Shown here one piece after another: positions 49,212 to 60,919 of a stretch of DNA of 64,000 nt. Position 1 is the stretch's first letter, and each line of letters begins with the position of its first letter. The position numbers and the translations under genes are program-made. This DNA is from Hyphochytrium catenoides (lineage: Eukaryota; Protista; Hyphochytriomycota), in the NCBI GenBank assembly GCA_900088475.1, contig FLMG01004374.1, positions 124,001-188,000 on the forward strand, read 5' to 3'. The notes below the pieces were generated by a model. It saw nothing but the letters and a program-made list of their open reading frames with translations. It did no database searches and was not told where the DNA came from.

Positions 49212-49984
49212 CTACGTACTGCTCGGAGCGATCCGTCCTTCCGCCGATGATTTGGCACTGCTTGCCGTCATTCCCCTTGCCTTGATCTTCTTGGATGCCG
49301 CCCTACAAAAACATAAACGTAATTAAAGGATAGCTCTTGCAGAGATAAGTGTCGATCTTACGCATTCTTTGGCGAAGCTCTCATCTGAACAGTTGTCATG
49401 TCGTTGGTGCTAGCTTCAAACACATCGATCCTGCCGGTAATGGCTGGTCCAAGCATCTCTCGGAGCACATAAGCGAGCAAATTTACCCAAGCGTCAACAA
49501 CCACAAAGGTCGCCTCCTTCCCCAAGCAAAAAGAGACAGCTGTGATCAGTGTCTCTAGATAAACACTGTACATCCACGGTCTAATCTTCTGCATAGCTCC
49601 TTTGGTCCTACAGTGCATCTTGCCAACTTCCCGAATTCTCCGGGATGTGCCGACAATGTCAACTGCATCAATGGTTGTAACGAACTCCATTGCAGCAGCA
49701 AGCACTTTTCCCTTTTTCTTTAGACTCCCGTCAAAAATTGCTTCGAAGGCTTTGGTTCTCTCATACAGTCGGTTGTAAAACTGGTCATAGAAGAAGACAA
49801 CGCCGGTCGTCCCGCTAATCTGCTTCTCTTTGATATTCACCCAGGATCTTCGACAGACCTCGACGACAGCGGGTGTAACCATTGGCGTGATTGGGAATGT
49901 AGGCGGAAAGTAATGTTCAACCATGGCATCTTCGCCGATATTCAGATCATCTTGTCCTCCGTCATTACTCCCTGCGTTACCCAT
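49212..49984 (-). CDS. Single-domain 3/3 globin with an N-terminal myristoylation motif
   Basis: MGNAGS start; A-helix CRRSW; B-helix FFYDQFYNRLY; CD1 Phe (AIF); proximal His in VGKMH; G-helix IRPWMYSVYLETL; H-helix VDAWVNL. A probable short last intron (49303-49360) gives a basic tail ending at 49212; otherwise the stop is at 49358. Confidence 0.88.
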
Positions 49985-50424
49985 GGTTTAAGACCGCGAT
50001 GCTGAAACTAAATATGCACTAATGTCCGTGGCACGAATTGGAGGGAGCGCCTAGTCAATCCTCTCAATTATTCGCAGTGAAGCCGATATCTCGCATTAGC
50101 TTTTTGCTCGACCGTCCTTTTACATGCAGCCGACAAGCAGATATTTGATAGTGGCAGCAGCTCCAGAGAGTGAGGTATGGGCGCGGATATTGCAATGTGT
50201 GGGCGCAGGTGGAGAAACGAGGAACCTCTTCATTCCCCTTCTTTGGTCGACACAGTAGATGCTGCTTCTGGGAGGCGCTCTACTTTCGCAGATCTTGTCC
50301 ATGCTTTCACCTCTTGACTGGCTCATCACTCTCCATTCCCGGTTGACAAAAGATTGTTCATGAACGACACCACTAACCAGGTGCACGGGCACAGCTACAC
50401 ATTCGGAGTCCATAGTGTGTAGAG

Positions 50425-50452
50425 CTAAGTCTAACGCTAACCCTAACCCTTA
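50425..50452. repeat. Short interstitial telomere-like array (degenerate CCCTAA/TTAGGG units)
   Basis: ctaagt-ctaacg-ctaacc-ctaacc-ctta, in 6-nt register. Confidence 0.6.
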
Positions 50453-50849
50453 TCAGGGAGAAACGTGGCCCATCCTGGCTTCGACGACCTGTGTGAGTCC
50501 TAGAATGTTCTTGGAGAGATAGGTAAGTGCCTGCAGTAAGTGGCATCTCATCCCCATCATCCATATGATAGAAAGGAGCTGACGACCCTCTTCATTGTTA
50601 CTGAGTAATTCTGGCGGAAGATGGTGGTCCATGACCCTGCCTGATCATGAAGGATGATACCATGGGGATTGATGGAGGCCGAGATGGGTGTAACCGACGA
50701 GTTGCTGAATCATGTCCTATGTGCAATGCAAGTTCTTAGGTCCGAGGGCGGAGGTGGCTACTGCTTCCTTCTACATTAAAACCCTGTTGCCGTGATGACA
50801 GTAGTAGTGTAGTAGTAGTGCTTGGGCATGAGTCATGGGGAGTCAGGAG

Positions 50850-53520
50850 TCAGGTATTCTATAAGAACCAAGGAAACGGTAGTTGACAAAGTGTTGAGTA
50901 GTTCTAATATCAGCTTTATACACAGCAGCAGGGCCTGTGGTATCAACAAGATTCACAACGTCACAAGTGACTCGGCCGCAGACAAGGTGACCACGGACTA
51001 CCATGCCGGCGAAGTACCTCCAGAACGAGTACTTGAGCGTAAATCATAAATTATATCAACCTCCAGCATGAAGGTCAAGGTGTAGGGAAAGAATCCTTGG
51101 GTACAAAGGACAATGTAGCAATGGCTATTTGTAGAACAAGGTGTAACCGTTCTGACGGTCGCTGAAGTCTGCGTCTCTCGTTATTACACAGCAGGTAACC
51201 CACCATATCTCCAACTTGGTGAGGCCATCCTCATCTGCAGTTCCTCTTCCTTCTTGATCGTCACCACTCGACTCTCCTTGAACAGAGAGCAGACTTATTA
51301 CATTGATAGGTTGTTGGTAATCACCATCTCCTTACATTTCACATACAAAGGGGTTGTTCTAGTGACTTAGTAAGCCAGCGACGAAGAGGTGTTCAGAAGC
51401 ACCATCACAGCAAGGAGACGTCAACCAGGTTTTAGCTGTAGTATGCGGTGTATGTATCCTTCAATGTAAATAATGGTAGACTGGTTCCTCAGCTCTCTTT
51501 ACTAAATTGTTGCCAGCAAAGTCGTGGACGATGGGGCAGAACACTCCTCGCGACATCGATAGTGAGACATTTCTTGCAATCCTCTTCGAGGTGACAGTAC
51601 CAACTCTCAGAAGTGGTTTCGTCAGAATTAGCTCATTCTCCTTGTTGGTTTTGTCGCCGTACCTAAAAGTATTTTTGAGTTTGCGACACAGCCGCAAGAG
51701 TCCTTCTCTTCCAGTCAGCCCATGGTAACTCCTGAAGTTGTGAAGTTTGGTTTGGCTCAAAGGACGAGCAGCTATCAGCGAAGAAGAGCAGTGGTCGTTT
51801 CCACAAGTGGCTTGTTCACCTATGTCGGATTTGCTGGCTACATTTAGTTAGTAGTATTGCTTCAGTCTGTCTAGGACGCATCGCTTTCTGTCAGGGACTC
51901 CATGCATATTGTTCACGATGGAAGGATGATTGAAAGTGCCGCTCCCGGAATTGGATCAAGACAATAACCCTCGTCCTTCTTTTAAATCTGCTTGTCAAGG
52001 AACTCCGACCGACGAAGAGTGAGATGAGACACGATCACTGGCTAAAATCTGTGGCAGGAATGTGAGTTCTCGACTGCATGATAACCAAAAATCTATCTTC
52101 ACTTGTTGATATCACTCTCATGTCTTTCTGGCTCTCCAGGGTATCGTGAACAACTCCCACTGCTCGAGCGAGCAGTCAAGAGTGTCAAGCACATGCCTAT
52201 CATAATCATATCTCCTCCCACCGTCATACGTGACCCGCTAGTCTCATTTATTAAGTTTATTAGTATTTGCTGGCAGCAGAGATTGGGGACTCCTCTTTCC
52301 CGCACCTGCCGTACCGCCTCCTATCTAAAAGTCGAATACAGCTTTCCTTGCTACTCTTAATAAGCAAGTAATAACTTCTACACAACCGGAGTGATGAGGA
52401 GCGATAACTCAAAAGCCAGTCTACTTACACCTTTTCTTCTAACTTCAAGGTGCATCAAGGGTACCTGGCTTTCTCGTGACTGCAGTAGCGTAAGAGCAGA
52501 CTCCTCTCATTATACTCTTTTGGCCTTCCCAGTCGTCCTTGAAACCTACTACGGGCTACATTTTGCTGTTGTTAAATCGCTCTTGACGAAGGCCACTGCG
52601 TGCAGTGGTTCATCAACGGGAAATGCTCTAGGTTCCTCTTCCATCTGAGCTCGAAGCTTCTTTTTGGGATGGGACATCCCTTTCATGACAATCATCCATC
52701 ATTGACAAGACGACTCTTTCAAGCTTCTTTGAAGACATACTTACACTTGCGCCAAATCATTGGTTGACGAGATGATACTTCCAGCACTGGGTGTAATAAG
52801 GCCTCTATAATCCAACGCCTGCGCTGTCCATTGTCTTTTTATCTTCCTTGATCAAGGACTCTTTTAGATCATTGATGTGAAAGATGAGTTTCTCTTGAAC
52901 AAAAAATGCAGGAAGCGTCCTCCTTGTTCTTTCTTTCAGTTGTATCTCTTGGAAGAATAGAACTTGTTACTTCTACTACCATTGTGTACAGGTACAGTAA
53001 TAGCGGGTTCTAGACCTCAATCCTCTTTGGCGTTGTCCGACCAGCAGCATCTTGCTCCCAGACAAGTTTTTTGGTCCGCTGGCTTGGAAGTTATCGTCCT
53101 TACTACTAAAACTAGTAGTTCTATCACTCAGTTTGAAAGGAAGAGGTGCTACAAGGTTCTTTCCTACCAATAATAAGAGGGTCTGGTTTATCCTCTAGCT
53201 CTATGTCGCCAGTTTACCCAACGCTCCAAACAGGCTAATAAGTAGCAGATAGAGTTATTAGGGTCCGACCTGTACAGCGCATTGTGGAAGTGCTAAACCC
53301 AACTACCCCTGACACTATTGAGAATATTACCGATGAGGGTATAGAATGGAAACGCGATGGCCGAGGAGATTCGTAACCTTCCCGATAGGTAAACGAAAGA
53401 CCCTGATGACGGGAAATTCGCGTTGTGATTGGTTGTCTGCCGTCCTCCTCGGTCCTTCGCGCTTCTTGGAAATCCTGCTTGCTCGCCGCATCCTTCCTCC
53501 CTCCTCCCTCCCTCAGCATC
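50850..53520 (-). mobile_element. Highly decayed LTR-retrotransposon (Ty3/gypsy-like) relic
   Basis: No spliceable gene found, with stops in all frames. On the minus strand, in gag-pro-RT order: C-IF-C-SRET-H-LSHQ-* (CX2CX4HX4C with the last Cys replaced by TGA) at 52869-52910; frameshifted VLI-(D/N)SGA-ALSII at ~51925-51965; SRVVTIKKEEELQMRMA resembling the RT N-terminus at ~51223-51280. No LTRs identified. Confidence 0.4.
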
Positions 53521-54147
53521 CGCGGCCTGGCCTAGTCACTCACTCACTCTAGCTCCGTGCAGCCATAGCTATGTCTTTTATTATGTCGTGTTGACGTGCT
53601 GGTGAGTGCTACCCTCACTAGGACCAAAGTGCTCTTCCTCCACGTTGTAGCTTCGTAGCTCCAGATGGCGCTGGCAATTGTCTTACTGCGACGCAGACGG
53701 AAATTCCATTGATGACTCGTTCGGAGAGCTAGAACTGTACCTTCTTTAATGCCGCTACCTTGCAGCAGAATCAGCATCACACCACCACCACCACGGCTCT
53801 CTTTCCCACTGGCCTTCTCAAAGCCAAGCCACATTATCATCTCATTTCAAGAGCGGCGCTTCGGTCTACGCTTGCAGATGTCTAGTTAGCTTGGCCTACT
53901 TTTCTAAACCAACCTCAGACGGCAATTCTCATTCGTGGATCAACAAAAAGGCTTTCTCATTCTGTACATCATTGTCGCCATGAAGGATGAGTTGACGCAA
54001 ATGACCCCTCTTCTCTTGGGCTTTACTTACTAAAACACGCCAAGCAACAGTTGGAAGGGCTTGGTACGGGTGCGATAACGCGTCTCCCATCATTTAAGCA
54101 GGCGAAAGGGAGTTCTTGTGCTGCGTATCTTTATCACGCAATAAGCC

Positions 54148-55449
54148 ATGGCTGGGGTCTGTGCGTTTCCCATGACGGGCATCGACTGTGGTACTCCCTA
54201 CGCGTTAGTAGTAGGGAAGGTCAATGAGGCATGGCAGATTACCTATCTGGCTCTTGGAGTTTTTCTAGCTGCAGTGTCAGGGTATCAGTTACCAAGAATG
54301 TTCTGTCACGGAGCATCTGTGCAAAGGCTATTGGCGGCTACTGGCCTGGCTGCATCTCTCACCCTCTTGGGACGCGCACTAGACCCGTTTGGTTACCTTG
54401 GCCTCTTGCCAAGAACAGTGGTCTTGTTCAGCTCATCGCTGTACAATTCAATAGTTTATGGTGCCATTTTCGGCAGTGTGTACATTATAGCTAAGGAAAA
54501 CGAGGGAGTATTTTCGAGGCTAGCCAAACCCCTTTCTATCACCACATTGGTGAATGTAGGCGCTCTTTTAGCGGTGGACAACGGCTTGGCTCTGCAGGGG
54601 CTATCATCTTCCGAGGTACGCTGCTATCTGGAGGTATCCTCTGGCGTCGTACAGATATTAGCGGGGACTTATTTCTTAGTGGTATGGCTCCAAGGGTGTG
54701 CTATCCTAAGGTCTAGAATGCCTCTAGAGCAGATGAGTCCTGAGACAGTGATGGCCACTCCTAGGTCATCAAGGGCCAGCTTTGCACAGGCTGCTGCGCT
54801 CTCTGAAAATAAGGGTTCTTCTCCACAAGCAGCCGAGACTGGGCTAAAGTATTTACAAGGCGTAGAACCACGCCGTCGACATCGTGTGTCGTGTGCTCTA
54901 TTGCGCAGCATGAGTCCTTTCCATCAGATGATTTGCGTCTCCATAAGTCTCATCACTGGCCTCGGTGCTCTTCAGATGGCTATCAGCCTGAGGGCGCTGA
55001 ACGGACGGTCCATTTTGCCGTGGATGGCTTGGGACAGTTACCAGGACTCTCTAGCTTTGGGAATGGCACCATCTGTGGCAGATGACGCAACCTACAAAGA
55101 AATAGCAGGATGGGTAGTGCTGATGGCAATGCTTTGGACATCCTCTAAAATCCATTCGTCCAACAGCCCATATGCCACGGACACCCCAGTTACCTACACC
55201 GAGGACAATGTGAAGGCAAAGACTTATCTTTCGGTCTCACGCTCCTTACTCTCCTTGCCGCGATCAACCTACCGTGCTGGCAATGTACCCTCTATAATTA
55301 GCGGCCAGCAGTCCGTGGGAGCCTCATTTCCGCAGTTTTCATCAACCTTATCACAGCCCTCAGACTACTCTACCGCTTATCTGACGGGCACATATACTAA
55401 CTGTTCGTCTACTCCGTCGTCGGCCTCCTACAAGCACCTGAAGATGTAA
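54148..55449 (+). CDS. Intronless multi-pass (about 7 TM) membrane protein, GPCR-like/TOM1-like topology, with a Ser/Thr-rich tail
   Basis: 433-aa ORF with ATG start, about seven hydrophobic segments, an LDPFGYLG loop motif and a long loop before the last two helices. The family assignment is tentative. Confidence 0.7.
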   Translation: MAGVCAFPMTGIDCGTPYALVVGKVNEAWQITYLALGVFLAAVSGYQLPRMFCHGASVQRLLAATGLAASLTLLGRALDPFGYLGLLPRTVVLFSSSLYNSIVYGAIFGSVYIIAKENEGVFSRLAKPLSITTLVNVGALLAVDNGLALQGLSSSEVRCYLEVSSGVVQILAGTYFLVVWLQGCAILRSRMPLEQMSPETVMATPRSSRASFAQAAALSENKGSSPQAAETGLKYLQGVEPRRRHRVSCALLRSMSPFHQMICVSISLITGLGALQMAISLRALNGRSILPWMAWDSYQDSLALGMAPSVADDATYKEIAGWVVLMAMLWTSSKIHSSNSPYATDTPVTYTEDNVKAKTYLSVSRSLLSLPRSTYRAGNVPSIISGQQSVGASFPQFSSTLSQPSDYSTAYLTGTYTNCSSTPSSASYKHLKM

Positions 55450-55544
55450 CGCTCTGCTAGCTGTATTATATACTCTTTTTGTGATAGATGTACCTAATAA
55501 ACTCCTACGATAAATTCTTACGCTTTTTTGTACATAACTAGTGA

Positions 55545-57012
55545 TCAAACTTCCCAACACTTGCTAATAGTGAGTTGGAAGGCTTCATCGTCAAAGACGA
55601 GGCAACTAATGTCTTCGCAATATTTCCGGAAGTCCTCAAGTTGCACTTTTCCTCCTCTCGCTTTCTCGATCTCCTCCCACTAAGGCGAAGTATTTTCCTT
55701 AGCGGCAGTCGAGGGTACAAATAAAGACTTTACATGCTTACCAGCGGATGGGTTCTAAAGTTTCTCCGGACAGCGTCCTCCGTTGTTGCTCCTCGTCGTA
55801 CGTCGGGGTGTCTGGAAGCATCAAATAGCTTGAATAGAGCCGCAATTGTTACATTTCCTCCGCAGAGCCTCGATATATCCTGGTACACCCTTTCAATGGC
55901 TCCCAGCCGTTGTGGCTTGGCAGGGCCTCTTAACAGATCAAGGAACCTTTGAGTTTCCAAAGGTCCCTCTTTTCCCCTAGTTAGATAGCTCCAAGTCTGC
56001 GTACAACGTGTCATTGCTGAGGAGGTGCCCTTCACTGCTATTTCTAGGTTCGCTACTGACCTGCTCTCTGTCTGCCTCGCTCAGACGGATTTGAATGTTC
56101 TCCCAGAGGGCGGTATACTGCTCCAATGTGATAGTCGGCCCACAAAGACTCTGGACCCTAGAAGGGAAGAGGCCATTGTGAAGTAGTCAACTACTGTGCG
56201 CCCTGAAGCTCCACGTCAGCATTGTAGCTTCCCTCTCCTACCTATTGCAAAAGTCACTATAGCAGTAATTTGCGAGCACTTTCTCTCTCAACTTCTCTAC
56301 CGAAGGTGGAGCTCCTGGTAGCCAGCGAAGTACCTGGGTTCTGTAGAGCGGATTCACTCCTGCACATCCGAAGTCAAGAATGAGCAGACCCAAATACTAC
56401 TTCGACGCGATTTGATCATCTGTCAACCTTACCATACGCCGTTTGCTTTTCAGTTTGATATCGAACTTGAGACATGACCGGAGTCTCTTTCGTCCATCGC
56501 TCACGATAAGCTTCCATCTCCGCTGGAGGCATGCCGCCCTTAAGCTTGAAGCTGCTACCAAACTCTGAAACCTCTGGGTTGGCGGGGTCAGCGAATGAGG
56601 CGGCAGTGACTGTCTTCCACTTTTCGCTTGTCTGAGTTCGATCTGCGTTGATGATGTTGTTATAGTCAAATCTCTCTGCTGATTGCCCTATCGGTGAGCG
56701 GAGTGCGCCACCGTACTGCTCTCTATGTATGCCAGCTCCTGAGGTTGATTAGGACGAGGAATGGGTCATTTCTATTCTCTTTATAACTGGGCGATGATCT
56801 CGTCCACAGACCTTCTTCCTGCATCTCCCTAGTCGTGGACCGAAACTGTTGACCTCCGGGGAAGCCGTTGGGCTTTAGAAGGGGATTATACTCCTCCTCT
56901 ACCCAATTTCCCTGCAAATCTACAACGTTAGGGCTAGGACCATTATCCTTTCCATCGGCACACTTACCAACTTAGTCCTAGAGCTGTACTGGTTCCTTCC
57001 TCCACGGAGCAT
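55545..57012 (-). CDS. Calcyphosin-like EF-hand protein with an N-terminal NWE (GNWxEE) ciliary microtubule-inner-protein motif
   Basis: Exons 1-2 give MLRGGRNQYSSRTKL|GNWVEEEY. The C-terminal exons give RFLDLLRGPAKPQRLGAIERVY..FDASRHPDVRRGATTEDAVRRNF..|GKVQLEDFRKYCEDISCLVFDDEAFQLTISKCWEV*, which follows the calcyphosin C-terminal pattern. Confidence 0.8.
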
Positions 57013-57350
57013 GTTTGTTCCAGCAGGCTCATGCTGGCTTCGCTTTTTATGCATCTTCGCACTTGGTCGGTCCTTGTGTAAGAAGCACTTGGACTCTAAC
57101 AGACGAACTTAACCAACAGCAGCTGATAATGAGTTTATTATGGCTGCCACTATCTTTAGTAAGTTGCGGTAGGCCTCTTATCTGTAGGTCGATTGATTGA
57201 ACCTTTATCTTGAAGCAGGATTTGCCATTAAGTGCTATTGGCCGCTTGATTTTGGCCGGCAATGGTTACGATGTTTATCGGCGAAGCTGTGAGAAACAGA
57301 GACAAGCTATACGAAGGTAGAATCATAGCGAACCCAGAGACAGGAATAGG

Positions 57351-57418
57351 AGAGAGAGAGAGAGTGAGAGAGAGAGAAAAGGAAAGGGACAAAGATTTTG
57401 AGGCAGAGAGAGGAAAAG

Positions 57419-57470
<52 letters not shown>
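57351..57470. repeat. Interrupted (GA)n microsatellite in a divergent intergenic region
   Basis: Read directly. Confidence 0.95.
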
Positions 57471-57475
<5 letters not shown>

Positions 57476-58266
57476 GAAAGAAGAAATAAAAGGGAGAGGA
57501 GATGTGGGTAGGGAGCAAGAAGAGAGGAGCGGTGTTCGCAACCAACAAGAAATACTATCTCAAAGAAGCACAGGCATGTGCGGAGGACAGACAAAGGGAA
57601 ACAGAAAGGGCAAAAAGACAGCTACAGAGACAGAAGGAAGAAAGACAGTCCGAGAGCTAGCCTTTATAAAGACGGCCGAGACGAGAAGCTAGCGGCCGGC
57701 CAAACTCAGAGCCATCATCCGCTCATAGCCCATTTTCTCTCAGTAACCGACAGCCGCAGAGCCGGTACCGGCAACCCACCAGCGGTGTGGTAATCCGTTC
57801 CCTCGGAGATTCAGTTACTGCAATCCAGTAACCGGACCTTGCATCCGGTCAGCTCAAGCCTTCACTCGGTTTGTTCGCGTGGTCGCCGTCATGAGTGAGA
57901 ACTCCAAGGGAAAAGTTGATGAAGATTTTCGGCCAGTTCCTTCCTGCACGAGGTAGCAGAAGGCCAATCACTGATCAATCGTCCCGCCTTCATCAGAAGC
58001 TGAGTTCTCGAGATCAGACCCGACCCGACCTTGCACGTCTTCATGGCTACTCTATCACGCTGCGCTCTTACCCATCAGGATGCATCGTAGAAGGTGCTTC
58101 AGTGGGATTAGATCTCACATGATAGGGTAGTACGACAGAATTGAGGCCCGCTCGGACAGGATCACAAACACGACGACCACGACATAAACCTTCCTGTGTA
58201 GCTAACCTCGCACTTGAACCCTTCTGCTCTACGCGAGCGGTGGTCTCGGTTGCAGCTTGTTCTAAC

Positions 58267-60636
58267 ATGGTGGATCTGGCTAACTATTTTGAGACTGGGA
58301 CGAGCGTTGGGTAGGAAATAATTGATCGTCTCTGAACCTAATGTAGCCGTTGCCTGACCTGCCACGTATGTAGGTCGCTGCTGCTCATTCTTATGATCAT
58401 CTTCTTTCCGGCCATCATTATTGGTCTGAAGGCTATTCTTCTTGATGCAAAGATGTAAGTGTGTCATAAGCCTTTCACTCTTTTCCTTCGCCATCCTCTT
58501 CCCAAAACCACACCGTCTTCTCTGAAAGTAACCCCCGAAACCTGCTGTATGGCACAGTACCGGTTCGCCCACAAGTGTCTACAGAGCGACAAGGAATCCA
58601 CCTATCAATGGGGCTGTGTACTACCCATACGGCATATCGGAGATGCAGGTATTCGTACAGTCCAAGGCCTTCTTATCTCGATATTTCTTTTTTTTTGTTC
58701 AGTATTGAAGGGTCCTGATGCAGGGGAAAAGGCCTTACATGGAGGATCGGCACATAGCATTTGCAGACTTTGAAGGTAGTAGAGACAGCCACTACACCAT
58801 GTCCTCTTTACTATTCATCGTTGATACTAAGCCCTCATTATTGTGCAGACGACAGCATGTCTTTCTACGGTGTTTTCGACGGCCATGGTGGGAGCACAGC
58901 CTCACAGTAAGCAGATATAAGAAGCAGACCATCCGCCTCTTATACCTTGCCTCTCTTTGACTACTACTACTCACCTTCTCCTGGATCTCACATTGTTCTT
59001 TTCCCTACCGAACGTCCCTCAATCCAGATTTTGTGCCGATCATCTTCCCCAGAATCTTAGAGCGATGAGTACCTTGAAGTCGGATCCTGCAGAGTCACTA
59101 AAAACAGCCTTCCTTCTTACAGACAAAGCGGTAGGGCGTCCTTGGCCCTTCAGATAGTTCTCATCTTTGCAGCTATCCCATCATGTCTCGTTCTCCCAAC
59201 AATTCCTTCTGCGCTTTGTCACCTCCTTGACTACGGCTCAAACTGTAGTGCTGGTTATCACACTTTGTCCCCTTTACGTCGTCATGTCATGTGCGTCATG
59301 TTGGTTTATCTTCACCTTCATATTCTCTTCCACTGCTCATCCTCACATCAATGCCCTTCAATGTTCGTGTACCTATCTCCTTCTAATAGTACCTCGATCT
59401 GGCAAGTAAAAGGGGCTTGAATGACGGAACCACAGCTTTGGCCTTATTGGTCCATGGCGAGAACCTCTATGTTGCGAATGGTACGGGTTGTTAATCCTTT
59501 GAAAGGGAGACTTGACTTGTTGATGTTGATTCGTAGCTGGGGATTCCCGAGCCATACTAATTCAGAAGGGAGGCAAAGTGGTCCCTCTGTCCAATGACCA
59601 CAAGGTCAGTAAGGGAGATGGCATTCGTTATAATACGGATGTGAGAGGGATAAGTGCTATAGGGAGGTTGCAAAAGACAGAGAGAGAGAGAATTGGAGGA
59701 CGAAGGTGGCTGCTGGAGTCCGCGAAAGTGCTAGAAGAGAGAATGGAAGCGTTTCTCTCGAGGACATATTGATGGACTCAAGGCTGTCAAGGCTAAGGGT
59801 TATGGTCAATGCCAGAGTGGGGGCCGGAAGGCAAGGAGTGAGCGGATTATCATGCTTACGTCTCACTGTCATGTCCAGCCTAACCGACCCGACGAAAAGG
59901 AACGAATCACGGCTGCCGGAGGACACGTCGTCTTCTGGGGCGTGTGGCGGGTAGAGGGCATTCTGGCAGTCTCAAGGTAAGGTGAATCTTTATTGAGGTC
60001 GACATATACTTTATGTGTGATGGTTGATCTTTGCGTGAGAGGCGCAGGCCTAGTTACGTTGGATAATAGTAGAAGGACTCTGACTCATTCGTTCAACCTT
60101 GAATCTTTATGCAGAGCCGTCGGTGACAGAATGCTGAAGGATTTGGTGACAGCAGAGCCTGAAATCCAAAGCTGGCGAAGGACAGAAGAGGATCTTTTTG
60201 TCATGTTGGCATCAGATGGTGTCTGGGATACATTGTCGAATGACGAGGCGGGAAGCATTGTGCTCAAGGCCACTGACCCCAAGGTAAGTGGAAGATGAAA
60301 CGAGCCGATTTTGATGAGGTCTTATCTTGGATAGAGGGCCAGAAACAAGGTTAGAAGCTAAAGGCTATCCACAAAGGACATTGAATGATGCGAGGGAGTA
60401 AGAACTATGTTGGAGACTAAGGGGAAAGAGATATGAATGGGAAGATCCTGGCCATCTGCCACTGTGGAGGCTAACTTGGCTTTGCAATGCAGACAGCTGC
60501 TAGAGAAGTCATGGAAGAGGCTTATAATCGCGGTAGCCTCGATAATATCTGCGTGCTGGTAGTTGATATTCGTGCTCCGAGAGATAGTAAGAACGAAGAG
60601 CGTGAGGAGAGCATCGAGGATAAGAAAGAATTGTGA
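58267..60636 (+). CDS. Protein phosphatase 2C with an N-terminal transmembrane anchor (PPM1L-like)
   Basis: Spliced: [15 protein letters not shown]|[30 protein letters not shown]|[29 protein letters not shown]|AGDSRA..LSNDHK|[17 protein letters not shown]|[31 protein letters not shown]. Confidence 0.93.
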
Positions 60637-60919
60637 ATATGCTTGAGCATACATACGTCCGTCCTTCATTCGTTTACCCTCCACACATTTCTTGATAAGC
60701 TGGTGCCTCTCATCTGGGCATTAATTGCAAATCGCGCCATCTGTCTTGCCTTTGCTGGTGGTGACTCAGGCTGGTGGAGACAGACCCTTAGCAGTGGTCA
60801 CCATACACCTCTCATAGCTGAGGATGCTGCCAAAGCATCCTCCAAACGAGCCAGCGTTGCTCACTGTTCCTATTCCTTCCAACCACTTTCGTTCCCTCGT
60901 AGAAATTGGCTGACTTCGC

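Noticed and set aside
53970-53990. Minus-strand CA-TGGCGAC resembling an LTR end plus primer-binding site
   Set aside because: Too short to be significant, and no matching second LTR was found.
57228-57594. Overlapping LSLSLS / ERERER ORFs
   Set aside because: Translations of the (GA)n microsatellite.
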